Shown here: piece after piece, positions 29,601-38,723 of the stretch
How positions within the stretch are numbered: the first letter of the stretch is position 1
Layout of the letters: each line of letters begins with the position of its first letter
DNA from: a virus
Lineage: Duplodnaviria > Caudoviricetes
DNA length: 64,000 nt
Reading direction: 5' to 3' (one strand)
IMG/VR virus record: IMGVR_UViG_3300028805_000056
Location: 64,001 to 128,000 of that record
Notes under the pieces: generated by a model
Told to the model about the DNA's origin: nothing
Database searches by the model: none
What the model saw: the letters and a program-made list of their open reading frames with translations, nothing else
Position numbers and translations under genes: made by a program

Positions 29601-31739
29601 TTTAATACTGTATCAATATCTTGTGCGACACAAGGTGCTGACATATATTATAATGTGAATCATCTTAGAAGTTATACATTATATACCGCTCCGTTTACGA
29701 TAAGCGATGATTCATATGTTGAAGCATATGCCATACTTGGCGGACAGAGTAGTAACACATTGACTCAGAACTGTGTTTATGTCAGTGATGTACCGGTAGA
29801 AGCATCGAACAGAGACATTAAATATTGGACAAATAACGGACAAACAATTACAACGCCTTATTCAGTTAATGCAATTGACGGACACTCGTCAAGTTATTCA
29901 AGGGGTACATTTAACTTTGAATCGAGTTTTGCACTAAGACAAGCACAACCCGCATACTTATGGTTCCAACACGCAGACCAATCAGCATCTGTATATATAG
30001 ACGATACATTGGTTGAGAAGCATTGGGGTGGCTATACCGCATTCTTTGTTGATATATCCAATTATGTTCATAGCGGAACAAATAATGTAAAGGTGGCATT
30101 GAAGAACAACGAAGGTAATAACCTTGCACCGGCAGGTGGTGACTTTAACTTCAACGCAACACTCGGTAATGTGAAGTTACTGACAAGCCCGTGTTTACCC
30201 GCAATGAAATACGGCTATGACGGTTTCCACATCACATCTGATGTTGCCACTTCATCTGCAACAATATATGTGAGAACCACAGTTCCTACAGGTGCAACGT
30301 TAGTATGTACGATAAGCGGTACAAACTGTAATTACACTTCGACAAGTGCAAGTACGGGAGAAGAAATGACATTCAGCACAACTATTTCAAACCCCCATCT
30401 TTGGGGCGGTACAGCTGACCCATACCTGTATGATGTCAAACTCGAAATCTACAACAACAATGTGCTATATCATTCATTTGAAAGACCTTATGGACTTAGG
30501 TTCTATGAATATGTCTTCAATGAAACGATTAACGGAAACCCATATACAGGCTTCCTGCTCAATGGTTCACCATATCTCTTGAGAGGTGTATGTATGCACG
30601 ATGATATAGACGGTAAGGCCAATGCATTATCAGCAAGTGACTATGAACAGGAGTTCAACATTATACAGGAACTTGGTTGTAATTTCATCCGTCTTGCACA
30701 CTATCCTCATCCAAAGGAAGTATATGACAATTGTGATAGGTTAGGTATTGTAGTACAGACGGAGGCTCCTTGTGTAAATAAACTCCAATCTACTATGCCA
30801 TCCGATTACTATACACACCTTGAAGGACAATATACGGATATGGTAAATCAGCATTATAACCATCCTTGTATATTCTTTTGGGGTCTTAGTAACGAGACAA
30901 CAACTGATGATAAGGACTTCGGTAAGACAAAGATAGAGGGATACACAACCCTTATCAGAAGTCTTGACTCAGAACGTATGATTGGTTATGTGATGTCACA
31001 CAGTTGGGAAAACCCAAGTGCATATTATAACAATCCTGATGTTGACTGGTTCGGCTGTAATATCTACACAGGTTGGTATATTGATCAAAATTCAAATAAC
31101 CCGTCAAATCGCCTTAACACACGTATAAACAATATCATAACCACCTTACAGAAGCCAATGGCATATTCTGAGTATGGTTGTGGTGGTACACAGCGATGTC
31201 ACTCAGATAACTTTATGTCGACGACCACAAGGGGTAATAATGAGAGACACGATATTGAATATCAAATGTGGCTGCATGAGGGTCATATTGCTACAATAAA
31301 GAATTATCCACAATTAATGTTTACCGCACAATGGCAGTTGTTTGACATTGCGGTTGCAAACAGAAACGAGGGTTATACGGTATGTCTTGACGGTGAGAAT
31401 GCAACTACGGATGACAACCTCAGGAGATTGAACAACAAGGGTCTTGTTGAGAGAGACCACATCACGAAGAAGGATACGTTCTATCTCTATAAGGCATGGT
31501 GGAATCCGACACCATTCGTCCACATCTGCGGTAAGGATTATACAAAAACAACAGACAGAGTGATCAAGTGTTATACGAATGATGGTGCTTCATTGTCAAT
31601 GTATGTGAACAACACGTTTGTTGAAACGGTTAATGTAACTGACAACATTGCCACATTTACGGCAACGAACTTTAGTAATGGTGATGTTGTAAGGGTTGAG
31701 GGTACAAACACAAATGACACATTAACATTTGGTTCATAG
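26625..31739 (+). CDS. Multidomain fibre/adhesin-like protein with C-terminal GH2 glycoside hydrolase
   Basis: Ig-like and Thr-rich N-terminus; five ~72 aa beta-rich repeats; BspA-like module; GH2 motifs GVCMHDD, NFIRLAHYP, DRLGIVV, NHPCIFFWGLSNE (acid/base) and SEYG (nucleophile); TATTTAT at 26589. Confidence 0.85.
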   Translation: MPNVFIKVDGEYTQSANFYRKINGEWSSITQEELISYVGTTVFNYGGNVNNTRFEIAGPSNVTAETCSCVAILNGQTVSNGVSWSITSGVQYATIDTGGTVTILSTADESEIVVTAQYNRYTASLTMNITFLSGSTSETTVETVTDSSGNTTTTTTTTTENEDGSSTETTTTVITDESGNTIGSTEVSTETNADGSYTGTTTNYDSEGNAVDGTNVVGDSSGNVSTQDVEYDESGNTVVTSYTIDTSGNPNGEKNFNGDGINTEYYAFDMTHGFVVELNFTIDFSNQPAGQNENHHQILSAKRATPTPWYGFQIRQSGTNKYIQLGTQFATGSNTNTTISAQTITNNVAEYNITITYNPTASTNTFVCYDNIKDSVVYRSNNVFPDIDDLKYLKVTLGHGMDENGDPYRYSNIDVKNFVIKRLNNVADPAITCDGMEVTITCATQGADIYYRLGNAGLYSTYTAPISISADTVVYSYAELNGDKSNTISQLCVYDNGIENPVITCDGMEVTITCVTQGTTIYYKREQEASYSTYNAPFSISADTVVYAYAEYSGLTSSVVSATCVYDNGIEAPVIYCDGENVTITCNTPSVDLYYKLNQETGYTVYDDAITISADTVVYAYAELNGATSNVVSATCVYSPIVLVSPVITCDGEFVTITCETQNSTILYKIGQEGTYAAYTVAFPISADTTVYAYSQYNGQTSTVVSENCIYNPVHDYSKDYLTFRITSGGTICWKSVGSGYAKTIEYSLNGGEWTSITAASTPPSISVAEGDVIMFRGTNQTYAGNKSNYSSFGHDTSGSTDVGSTAHFTIEGNIMSLIYGDNFSGHTTFNGGTYNLCSIFKRTNVESAENLVLPATTLTNYCYRAMFSWCTSLMTPPQLPATTLAQGCYWYMFEQCPMTTAPDLLAETLIRECYGYMFTGCGNLNYIKCLATNVASPPASALTGWVSNVAATGTFVKDTDTTWSTGNNGIPNGWTIYDNTAVASPVITYDGFNTVSISCATQGADIYYNVNHLRSYTLYTAPFTISDDSYVEAYAILGGQSSNTLTQNCVYVSDVPVEASNRDIKYWTNNGQTITTPYSVNAIDGHSSSYSRGTFNFESSFALRQAQPAYLWFQHADQSASVYIDDTLVEKHWGGYTAFFVDISNYVHSGTNNVKVALKNNEGNNLAPAGGDFNFNATLGNVKLLTSPCLPAMKYGYDGFHITSDVATSSATIYVRTTVPTGATLVCTISGTNCNYTSTSASTGEEMTFSTTISNPHLWGGTADPYLYDVKLEIYNNNVLYHSFERPYGLRFYEYVFNETINGNPYTGFLLNGSPYLLRGVCMHDDIDGKANALSASDYEQEFNIIQELGCNFIRLAHYPHPKEVYDNCDRLGIVVQTEAPCVNKLQSTMPSDYYTHLEGQYTDMVNQHYNHPCIFFWGLSNETTTDDKDFGKTKIEGYTTLIRSLDSERMIGYVMSHSWENPSAYYNNPDVDWFGCNIYTGWYIDQNSNNPSNRLNTRINNIITTLQKPMAYSEYGCGGTQRCHSDNFMSTTTRGNNERHDIEYQMWLHEGHIATIKNYPQLMFTAQWQLFDIAVANRNEGYTVCLDGENATTDDNLRRLNNKGLVERDHITKKDTFYLYKAWWNPTPFVHICGKDYTKTTDRVIKCYTNDGASLSMYVNNTFVETVNVTDNIATFTATNFSNGDVVRVEGTNTNDTLTFGS
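27905..28760 (+). repeat. Four tandem intragenic repeats (216/216/219 bp spacing), PxITCDG..TITC..IYY..ISADTVVYAYA
   Basis: TGCGA anchors at 27921, 28137, 28353 and 28572; a fifth diverged copy at ~29577; resembles the chitobiase/beta-hexosaminidase C-terminal (Fn3-associated) domain. Confidence 0.85.
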
Positions 31740-31761
31740 GTATAATAAGAATAAGAATTTG

Positions 31762-31804
31762 AAAACGGACAGGTCATTTTTTTTTGGCTTGTCCGTTTTT
31801 TTTT
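31762..31804 (+). terminator. Intrinsic terminator
   Basis: AAAACGGACA..TGTCCGTTTT plus U-tract. Confidence 0.7.
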
Positions 31805-31823
31805 GAAAAAAGTTGGCAAAAAA

Positions 31824-31855
31824 TTTGGTCATTTCAAAAAATTGTCTTACCTTTG
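31824..31855 (+). promoter_or_regulatory. Class I promoter (TTTG-N20-TACCTTTG)
   Basis: Bacteroidota consensus. Confidence 0.8.
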
Positions 31856-31872
31856 CAGCAGAAAACAAAATA

Positions 31873-32172
31873 ATGGATATGGATAGTAGTACTTATTTAC
31901 CAATTAACATTTTTGAGGAGTTCGACATTTTAAGTCAGTCGAGGGCGCCCAAGTCAATAGTGTATGATTCTGAAATATATGAACTTGTTGTCAGACCGTA
32001 TAAGTTTCCGTACCTGTATGGTGATGAAACAATGTTAGAAATGGGGTATTATTCCGTCGGTGTGGACGAGGATGGTGACCATTATTTCCTGTGGTATGTG
32101 ACAGGAAAGACGGTGGAGGAATGTGACAAGCAGATATTTGAAGGTTTGAACAAGTGGAAAATTGAATATTAA
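31873..32172 (+). CDS. Hypothetical protein
   Basis: ORF downstream of a class I promoter. Confidence 0.6.
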   Translation: MDMDSSTYLPINIFEEFDILSQSRAPKSIVYDSEIYELVVRPYKFPYLYGDETMLEMGYYSVGVDEDGDHYFLWYVTGKTVEECDKQIFEGLNKWKIEY

Positions 32173-32184
32173 ATAATAAAAAAA

Positions 32185-32745
32185 ATGGAAAAGAAGTTAT
32201 TTTATATTGACGGTTCTCTCGTGTCAAAGGCATTTAGAAAGCACAATCCTTATTATATGTTAGTGAAGGTTGTGGAGCATCTTAATTTTGGCAAGGCTAA
32301 GGTTGAATGCTATTGGTTTGACATACCTTGTGCTTATTATCCTGTAAGTTTCTTGGGATATGATGTGGTTGAGGAAAAGGACATAAAGGAACTGAATTGG
32401 TATAATCTTCTCAATGACATAAACAAAGATTGTTATGAAAGAAAATATTGGTATTGGAATTTTTTGAGGACACAATATCCATATAGTTCTTTTTATGACA
32501 ATCACAATTCCAATGAACTAACAATAACATATAATTATGAAGTTATTGCGAAGATAGACACAAATGTTCTTCCCGATTGGTGTAAGGGTCAATCTGTATT
32601 GGAAGAAATTGACATTGTTCTTGATGATATGATCAATCGTGGAATTGAATGTGAGAATTGTAAGAAGTTGAAGGAACTTATCAGAACCGACGAAGTCACA
32701 ATGACAACGGAAGAGTACCTGAGAATAAAAGGATATATTGAATAA
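32185..32745 (+). CDS. Hypothetical protein
   Basis: 186 aa ORF. Confidence 0.65.
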   Translation: MEKKLFYIDGSLVSKAFRKHNPYYMLVKVVEHLNFGKAKVECYWFDIPCAYYPVSFLGYDVVEEKDIKELNWYNLLNDINKDCYERKYWYWNFLRTQYPYSSFYDNHNSNELTITYNYEVIAKIDTNVLPDWCKGQSVLEEIDIVLDDMINRGIECENCKKLKELIRTDEVTMTTEEYLRIKGYIE

Positions 32746-32788
32746 TATTGTATATTTGAAAAAGAAAACTTTAATTTAAAAAAAAAAT

Positions 32789-33217
32789 ATGGGATACGAG
32801 ATTAATTCAACGTGGACGAGACTTCGTCAGAAAAGCATTGAGAAATTGAACGAGATAATTGATGATGAGTATTGCAGGGAATTGGAAATCGGCAGAAAAC
32901 TCAACATCATGGAAAAAATTACGGATGAGTTTGAAAAAGAAATAAATTCGCTCAATTGGGATAACATAACCAAATATATGAAAGAACATGATTGGACTTG
33001 GTATATGGGTGGAAATTTTGATAATTGTTACACCCCAACAAAGGAAGAAATGATTGAAAGGCTTAGAAAAGATTTTCTTAAACATGGTCTTTATGAAATC
33101 ATTGAACTTGGTAAGGACAGATTTTCGACATTTTCTGGTGGTTTTAACCTCGAAATTGGGTATAATGGAAATTCATATTGGGTTCATATCTGTTTTGATA
33201 TTGCACATTTTGCTTGA
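32789..33217 (+). CDS. Hypothetical protein
   Basis: 142 aa ORF; TATATTTG at 32751. Confidence 0.65.
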   Translation: MGYEINSTWTRLRQKSIEKLNEIIDDEYCRELEIGRKLNIMEKITDEFEKEINSLNWDNITKYMKEHDWTWYMGGNFDNCYTPTKEEMIERLRKDFLKHGLYEIIELGKDRFSTFSGGFNLEIGYNGNSYWVHICFDIAHFA

Positions 33218-33221
33218 AACA

Positions 33222-33536
33222 ATGAGTAGTATAGTTTGTAAATACAAGATAGTATATGATGGGGGTGATGGTTACACCCACGACAAATACATTTACTGCA
33301 AGTTTGAGAATGTTTGGGACGGTCAGTTATGGAGGAATGAGGACGGAACGCCTGTCGACTTCTTTTGTCTCTCGGATAGTCAGGCGCTTGTAACTGCACA
33401 TTGTATCGCGAACATCCCAACTAATAATGAACATTACTATTGGAAAGAGATAAAAGATTTTGAACTTCCGGATATTGTATGGGAGTCTTTTAAATCTTAT
33501 AAAAGAAAAGAAGACAATGGAAATGAAAATACTTGA
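33222..33536 (+). CDS. Hypothetical protein
   Basis: Probable start MSSIVCKYK, right after the previous stop. Confidence 0.55.
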   Translation: MSSIVCKYKIVYDGGDGYTHDKYIYCKFENVWDGQLWRNEDGTPVDFFCLSDSQALVTAHCIANIPTNNEHYYWKEIKDFELPDIVWESFKSYKRKEDNGNENT

Positions 33537-33846
33537 TCTTCCTCTTAAGAAGGAATGGTATGAAATGATTGAGAGCGGGATTAAAGCCGAAGAATATAGG
33601 GAAATAAAGCCCTATTGGGTGAAAAGATTTCTTGGACTTGATCAACCGATATTATTCTCAAAAAGATACGGGTATGAAACCTGTAATGTTAAGGGATATA
33701 CCCACATCCGTTTTAGATACGGATATACAAAGAGGACCATGTTGTTCGAATTGGATGACATAAGAATCGGACAAGGAAAAACCGAGTGGGGCGCACCGAA
33801 AGATCAAAAAGTGTTCATACTAAAGTTAGGAAATAGAAAAGAATAA
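33517..33846 (+). CDS. ASCH-domain protein
   Basis: LDLPLKKEWYEMIESGIKAEEYREIKPYW (GxKxxExR). Confidence 0.8.
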   Translation: MEMKILDLPLKKEWYEMIESGIKAEEYREIKPYWVKRFLGLDQPILFSKRYGYETCNVKGYTHIRFRYGYTKRTMLFELDDIRIGQGKTEWGAPKDQKVFILKLGNRKE

Positions 33847-33862
33847 AAAAAACTTTGAAAAA

Positions 33863-33894
33863 TTTGGCCAATTCAAAAAAAAGCTGTACCTTTG
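33863..33894 (+). promoter_or_regulatory. Class I promoter (TTTG-N20-TACCTTTG)
   Basis: Bacteroidota consensus. Confidence 0.8.
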
Positions 33895-33954
33895 CAGCAG
33901 AAAACAAAAAGAAACAACAAAATTAATTAAATAACATTATTTAAATTTATTATT

Positions 33955-35301
33955 ATGAGTACATCAGTTTTAAACGGAAAAATGAACATTGTCGAGAAGC
34001 ACGTAACAATTAAGGAGTTCGTAGAGGGCTACCTCAACAATGAGAACGAAGAAGTCGGTGGCGTAACAACAATGAACGGAAATGTAATTATACGTCCCAA
34101 GTACCAACGTTCTTACATTCGTGCTAATGACACAAAGTGGAAGCGCAACCTCATCTTAAGTATCATCAATGGTTATCCTATCAGTCTTTTCTATTGGGGT
34201 GCTAACGAAGATGGTACGTTCGATATGATTGACGGGCAACAACGTAGTATCACAATCTGTGATTTCATCAATGGTGGTTATTCTATCATTTATGACGAAA
34301 AAGAAAGATATTTCCACAATCTCCCACAAGAAGTGAAAGAGGATATACTTAATTATAAATTGCGTGTGAATGTTTGTGTTGGTAGTCAGAGTAGCAAGTT
34401 GAAGTGGTTCGAAATCATCAATCAGCCTATCTCCGAACTGACAAAGCAAGAACTCCGCAATGCGTCTTATAGTGGCGAATGGCTCGAAATGGTAAAGAAA
34501 ATCTTTTCCGCCCCAAGCGCAGGTGCTCTCAAAGAAGTAACAGACAAAGAAAGCAAATATACCGCTCTCCGCTATACTGAAAAGCCAAAGATTGAACGCC
34601 AAGAAATTCTCGAAATGGTTTTGGATTGGGCATCTTATAATGAGTTTCCAAACATCAAGACAAAGGACGAGCGCATCGAAAAGTATATGGCCGCTCATCA
34701 GCACGACACAGAAATGACCGAGTTGGATTTTTATCACAAGGTTATTGATTGGATTTGGGCAACGTTCCTTGACCTCGAAGAAAACATCCACGAATGTAGG
34801 GGTGTAAAGGGTACACCTCACTCTATGGTCGGTGCAGATTGGGGACGTTTGTACTATCAATTCCACAACAAAGAATTTGACACGAAGTACATTTCAAAAC
34901 GTGTCATAGAACTTCTCAAAGATACCGACATCGTTAAATACAACGGAATTTATGAGTATCTGCTTACTGGTGAGCAAGACCAAAAGTTACTGCAAATTCG
35001 CTCTTTCTCAAAGGACGACATCCGAAAGATGTATATCTACCAAGATGGTATTGACCCCGTTAGTGGCGAAAAGCACCCAATCGAAGATTTTGAAGCACAT
35101 CACATTGTGGCTTGGACTGATGGCGGCAAGACCGAAATCGGTAACCTCGTTCTTCTCACAAAGGAAAGTCACCACAAGTTCCACAATCAATATATTTCTC
35201 GTGATGAGATTGTTGCGAAACGTGATGAACTTTGGAAAGCAAACAACCCCAAAGATTTCCAAAAGTATTCAATGCTGAAAACCCTCAACGAAAGTTTCTA
35301 A
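33955..35301 (+). CDS. DUF262 (ParB/GmrS-like) plus C-terminal HNH endonuclease
   Basis: RPKYQRSY, LILSIINGYPI, MIDGQQR, FEIIN; C-terminal EAHHIVAWTDGGKTEIGNLVLL..HHKFH. Confidence 0.85.
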   Translation: MSTSVLNGKMNIVEKHVTIKEFVEGYLNNENEEVGGVTTMNGNVIIRPKYQRSYIRANDTKWKRNLILSIINGYPISLFYWGANEDGTFDMIDGQQRSITICDFINGGYSIIYDEKERYFHNLPQEVKEDILNYKLRVNVCVGSQSSKLKWFEIINQPISELTKQELRNASYSGEWLEMVKKIFSAPSAGALKEVTDKESKYTALRYTEKPKIERQEILEMVLDWASYNEFPNIKTKDERIEKYMAAHQHDTEMTELDFYHKVIDWIWATFLDLEENIHECRGVKGTPHSMVGADWGRLYYQFHNKEFDTKYISKRVIELLKDTDIVKYNGIYEYLLTGEQDQKLLQIRSFSKDDIRKMYIYQDGIDPVSGEKHPIEDFEAHHIVAWTDGGKTEIGNLVLLTKESHHKFHNQYISRDEIVAKRDELWKANNPKDFQKYSMLKTLNESF

Positions 35302-35350
35302 AAAAGAGATAGTTAAAGGTATTTATTAATAGTTAAAAAGATAGAAAATT

Positions 35351-36313
35351 ATGGCTAAAACAAATAATACAAATCTGCATAGTGCAAAGAGAGAAAAGAA
35401 CGATGAGTTTTACACACTTCTCGAAGATGTTGAGGATGAGTTGAAGTACTACAAGGACTACTTTAAAGGCAAGGTAGTGTATTGTAACTGCGACAACGTG
35501 ACAAAAGACCAACGCAGCAACTTCTTCAGGTACTTTGCTCTCAACTATGAGTTTCTCGGACTTAAAGGGCTTGTCTGCACAGCCTACAACCCAAACGGCA
35601 AGGGAAAGAAGTACGAATATTTTGGTGACCTCAATGGCAACAACTACCCCGATGAGGAAGAAATCGAAACGACTGAAATGGACGGGGATGGTGACTTCCG
35701 TAGCCAAGAGTGTATCGAAATTCTCAAAAAGGCAGATGTTGTGGTAACAAATCCCCCGTTCTCCCTTTTCCGTGAATATGTTGCACAATTAATGGAGCAC
35801 GGCAAAAAATTCTTGATTGTCGGTGAACTGAACGTAGTTACCTACAAGGAAATATTCCCTCTTATCAAGGAAAATAAAGTTTGGCTTGGCGTTAAAAACG
35901 TAAACACTGATATGGTGTTTAAAGTTCCATCTTATTACGAGGCAAAAACAACTCGATATTGGCAAGATGAGAACGGACAAAAGTGGCGCAGTCTTGGAAA
36001 TGCTTGTTGGCTCACCAATCTTGACCACAAGAAACGCCACGAAGAAATGACACTTTATAAAAAGTACAATGCGGAGAACTATCCGAAGTACGACAACTAC
36101 GATGCAATCGAAGTGGGCAAGGTAACCGACATCCCTTGTGACTATGACGGAATTATGGGTGTGCCTATCACATTTCTTGGCAAATACAATCCAAGTCAAT
36201 TCGAAATAATTGGAATTGCAAATTCCGCTCGTTGGATAGGTGATTTCCCTTGTTATACAATTATAAATGGGAAGAAAATCTACAATCGCATATTAATCAA
36301 GCGAGTTTTCTAA
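35351..36313 (+). CDS. Adenine-specific DNA methyltransferase, EcoRI-methylase family
   Basis: KNDEFYT, VYCNCD, GDGDFRSQEC, VVTNPPFSLFREY, YDNYDAIEV, MGVPITF. Confidence 0.9.
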   Translation: MAKTNNTNLHSAKREKNDEFYTLLEDVEDELKYYKDYFKGKVVYCNCDNVTKDQRSNFFRYFALNYEFLGLKGLVCTAYNPNGKGKKYEYFGDLNGNNYPDEEEIETTEMDGDGDFRSQECIEILKKADVVVTNPPFSLFREYVAQLMEHGKKFLIVGELNVVTYKEIFPLIKENKVWLGVKNVNTDMVFKVPSYYEAKTTRYWQDENGQKWRSLGNACWLTNLDHKKRHEEMTLYKKYNAENYPKYDNYDAIEVGKVTDIPCDYDGIMGVPITFLGKYNPSQFEIIGIANSARWIGDFPCYTIINGKKIYNRILIKRVF

Positions 36314-36456
36314 TCAAAATTCTAAAATAAGGGCATTTGCCATTGACTGATAAGTCTTTTTCATCATTGCCCTTTCTAAATTTGATTATTTCGAATTGAC
36401 TAATAGATTAGACCAAAAAAATACAACAATAGTTTAAAACTATGTACTTAATTTCA

Positions 36457-36490
36457 ATGCACTTGCTCGTGAGAGTGGGTGCATTTTTTT
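36457..36490 (+). terminator. Intrinsic terminator
   Basis: ATGCACTTGCTC-GTGA-GAGTGGGTGCAT plus U-tract. Confidence 0.8.
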
Positions 36491-36558
36491 CCATTTTATT
36501 TGGTATATGGATTTTTTTGTATATTTGTTTTGTAAGTTTTTAATGTAATATAAAATTT

Positions 36559-37665
36559 ATGGGAAAAATACAAGAAATTGGTTATAGTTTAAAGGACGTT
36601 AGTATCGTTCCATCCAAGATTACTTATATTGATCATCGTAGTGATGTTGATCCGTTTATCCAAATATGCGGTAGAAAATCATATCCCATTTTTGTTGCAC
36701 CAATGGGTGCTGTCACTGATGAAAACAACTATGAAACGTGGATTGAGAACAATTTGACACCCGTAATTCCAAGAAGTGTCAGTACAAGACTGACATTTGA
36801 AGAACGACTTAAACTATCAGAAAAGACATTCGTCTCCTTTTCATTGAGCGAATTTAGTGACTTTGTCGGAAGAACACCATATAACGAGAAAGACCCCGTC
36901 AGATACATATGTGTTGATTTGGCTAATGGGCATATGTTCAAATTGTTGAAAAAGTGTGAGATAGCAAAGTTGCGATATGGAAATAAAATAGTCCTTATGA
37001 CGGGGAACATTGCAAACCCGAATACTTATGATGAATATTGTAGGGTTGGAATTGATTATGTCCGTGTCGGTATCGGTGGAGGAAGCAGGTGCACAACCTC
37101 CGCAAATGGTGGGGTACACTATCCAATGGCCACTCTTCTTGACAAAATATGCAAAAAAAGGAACACTTATAAGGATTGGGAAAGATCCTATACCAAAATC
37201 GTCGCCGACGGTGGAATATATAATTTCGACGACATCAACAAGTGTCTTGCAATCGGTGCAGATGCGGTTATGATAGGACGTGTGTTTGCCGAGTGTGAAG
37301 AGGCGTGTGGCGAAGTGTTATATGCAATGAACGAGAAGATGCTTAATGCGGGAATTGCCTATACTAAAGAAGATTACGATTGTCTCTGCGGACTTTTGAA
37401 GGATAACTTAAAGCCATATAGGGAATATTATGGAATGAGCACAAAACAGGCACAGAAGGAAACCGGCGGAAAGGGCGACAAGACAGCAGAGGGCATTTCA
37501 AAACCGGTACTTGTAAAGTATCCTGTTGCTAAGTGGGTTGACAATATGCAGTCTTATCTTAGAAGCAGTATGGCATATTCGGATAGTAAGAACATAGAGG
37601 AGTTCAATGAAAATGCGGAGATAATCATTCTCGGAGGAAGCGGAGACTACAGCTATCGAAAATAA
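36559..37665 (+). CDS. IMP dehydrogenase / GMP reductase family protein
   Basis: APM, VDLANGH, GNIA, VGIGGGSRCTT (catalytic Cys), ADGGI, GADAVMIG, YYGMS, AEG. Confidence 0.88.
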   Translation: MGKIQEIGYSLKDVSIVPSKITYIDHRSDVDPFIQICGRKSYPIFVAPMGAVTDENNYETWIENNLTPVIPRSVSTRLTFEERLKLSEKTFVSFSLSEFSDFVGRTPYNEKDPVRYICVDLANGHMFKLLKKCEIAKLRYGNKIVLMTGNIANPNTYDEYCRVGIDYVRVGIGGGSRCTTSANGGVHYPMATLLDKICKKRNTYKDWERSYTKIVADGGIYNFDDINKCLAIGADAVMIGRVFAECEEACGEVLYAMNEKMLNAGIAYTKEDYDCLCGLLKDNLKPYREYYGMSTKQAQKETGGKGDKTAEGISKPVLVKYPVAKWVDNMQSYLRSSMAYSDSKNIEEFNENAEIIILGGSGDYSYRK

Positions 37666-37691
37666 GAGAAAAAAAGCAATATTATGACTTA

Positions 37692-38720
37692 ATGGAATTA
37701 AACAGAATTTACAATTGTGATTGTGTAGACGGACTGAAAGAATTAGAGGATAATTCAATTGACTTGGTTGTGACATCCCCACCATATGATGACCTTAGGA
37801 CATATGGTCAGGACAAGTCAACGTGGAACTTTGAGACCTTTAAGAAGGTCGCCAATGAACTGTATCGTGTTATGAAACCGGGACGTGTTGTTGTGTGGGT
37901 TGTTGGTGATCAAGTTAAAAACGGAGGGGAAACCGGTACATCATTCAGGCAAGCCCTGTATTTTCAAGAGATTGGTTTCAAGATTCACGACACAATGATT
38001 TATGAGAAGAATTCATCATCATTTCCTGCAAGAAGAGATTCTAAAAGATACACACAGATTTTCGAATATATGTTTGTATTTGTGAAGGGAAAGATTCGTG
38101 ATGACATAAAACTGATTGCGGACAAACGTAATAAGTGGTCAGGGTGGACGTCTTGGGGTAAACAGACACAATATAGTGACAAGGGTAAGATTGAGGTTGA
38201 GAAGACAATTATGCCCGTACCTGAGTTCAGTCTAAGGAACAATATATGGAAATTCAGTGGGGCATTGAACGACAAGACAAAACACCCTGCGGTATTCCCT
38301 GAAAAACTTGCGGGAGACCACATCCTGTCTTGGACCGTTGAGGGTGATGTAGTGCTTGACCCATTCATGGGTAGTGGAACAAGTGCAAAAATGTCACTTC
38401 TTTACAATCGGCAATATATCGGTTTCGAACTAAATACCGAATATTATGAGGAATCGTTAAAGAGAGTTGAGAAGTATGTCGGAAAGGATTTGACTGGCGA
38501 GAATGAGACAATATCATTCAATGACGGTGACGATGACCTTATAGTAAGGAAAGAGGATGAAAAGGAACTGCAACAGAAGACAGAACTGTTCAACAAACTT
38601 GTTGAAGACCTCAACACATATTTTAATGAGCAATCACTAAGTATTCTGAAGACATTAAAGTTGTCATTTGAGACAAAGACAAATAACAGACGAGTGGAAG
38701 AAAGATTGAAAAATAATTAA
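37692..38720 (+). CDS. DNA amino-methyltransferase, beta class, with C-terminal extension
   Basis: TSPPYD, HPAVFP, DPFMGSGT. Confidence 0.9.
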   Translation: MELNRIYNCDCVDGLKELEDNSIDLVVTSPPYDDLRTYGQDKSTWNFETFKKVANELYRVMKPGRVVVWVVGDQVKNGGETGTSFRQALYFQEIGFKIHDTMIYEKNSSSFPARRDSKRYTQIFEYMFVFVKGKIRDDIKLIADKRNKWSGWTSWGKQTQYSDKGKIEVEKTIMPVPEFSLRNNIWKFSGALNDKTKHPAVFPEKLAGDHILSWTVEGDVVLDPFMGSGTSAKMSLLYNRQYIGFELNTEYYEESLKRVEKYVGKDLTGENETISFNDGDDDLIVRKEDEKELQQKTELFNKLVEDLNTYFNEQSLSILKTLKLSFETKTNNRRVEERLKNN

Positions 38721-38723
38721 AAA

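Noticed and set aside
35351-36313. GAATTC specificity for the EcoRI-family MTase, and CTAG specificity for the MjaI-like nuclease at 45402
   Set aside because: A family name does not fix specificity; both sites occur repeatedly in the window, so there is no avoidance evidence.
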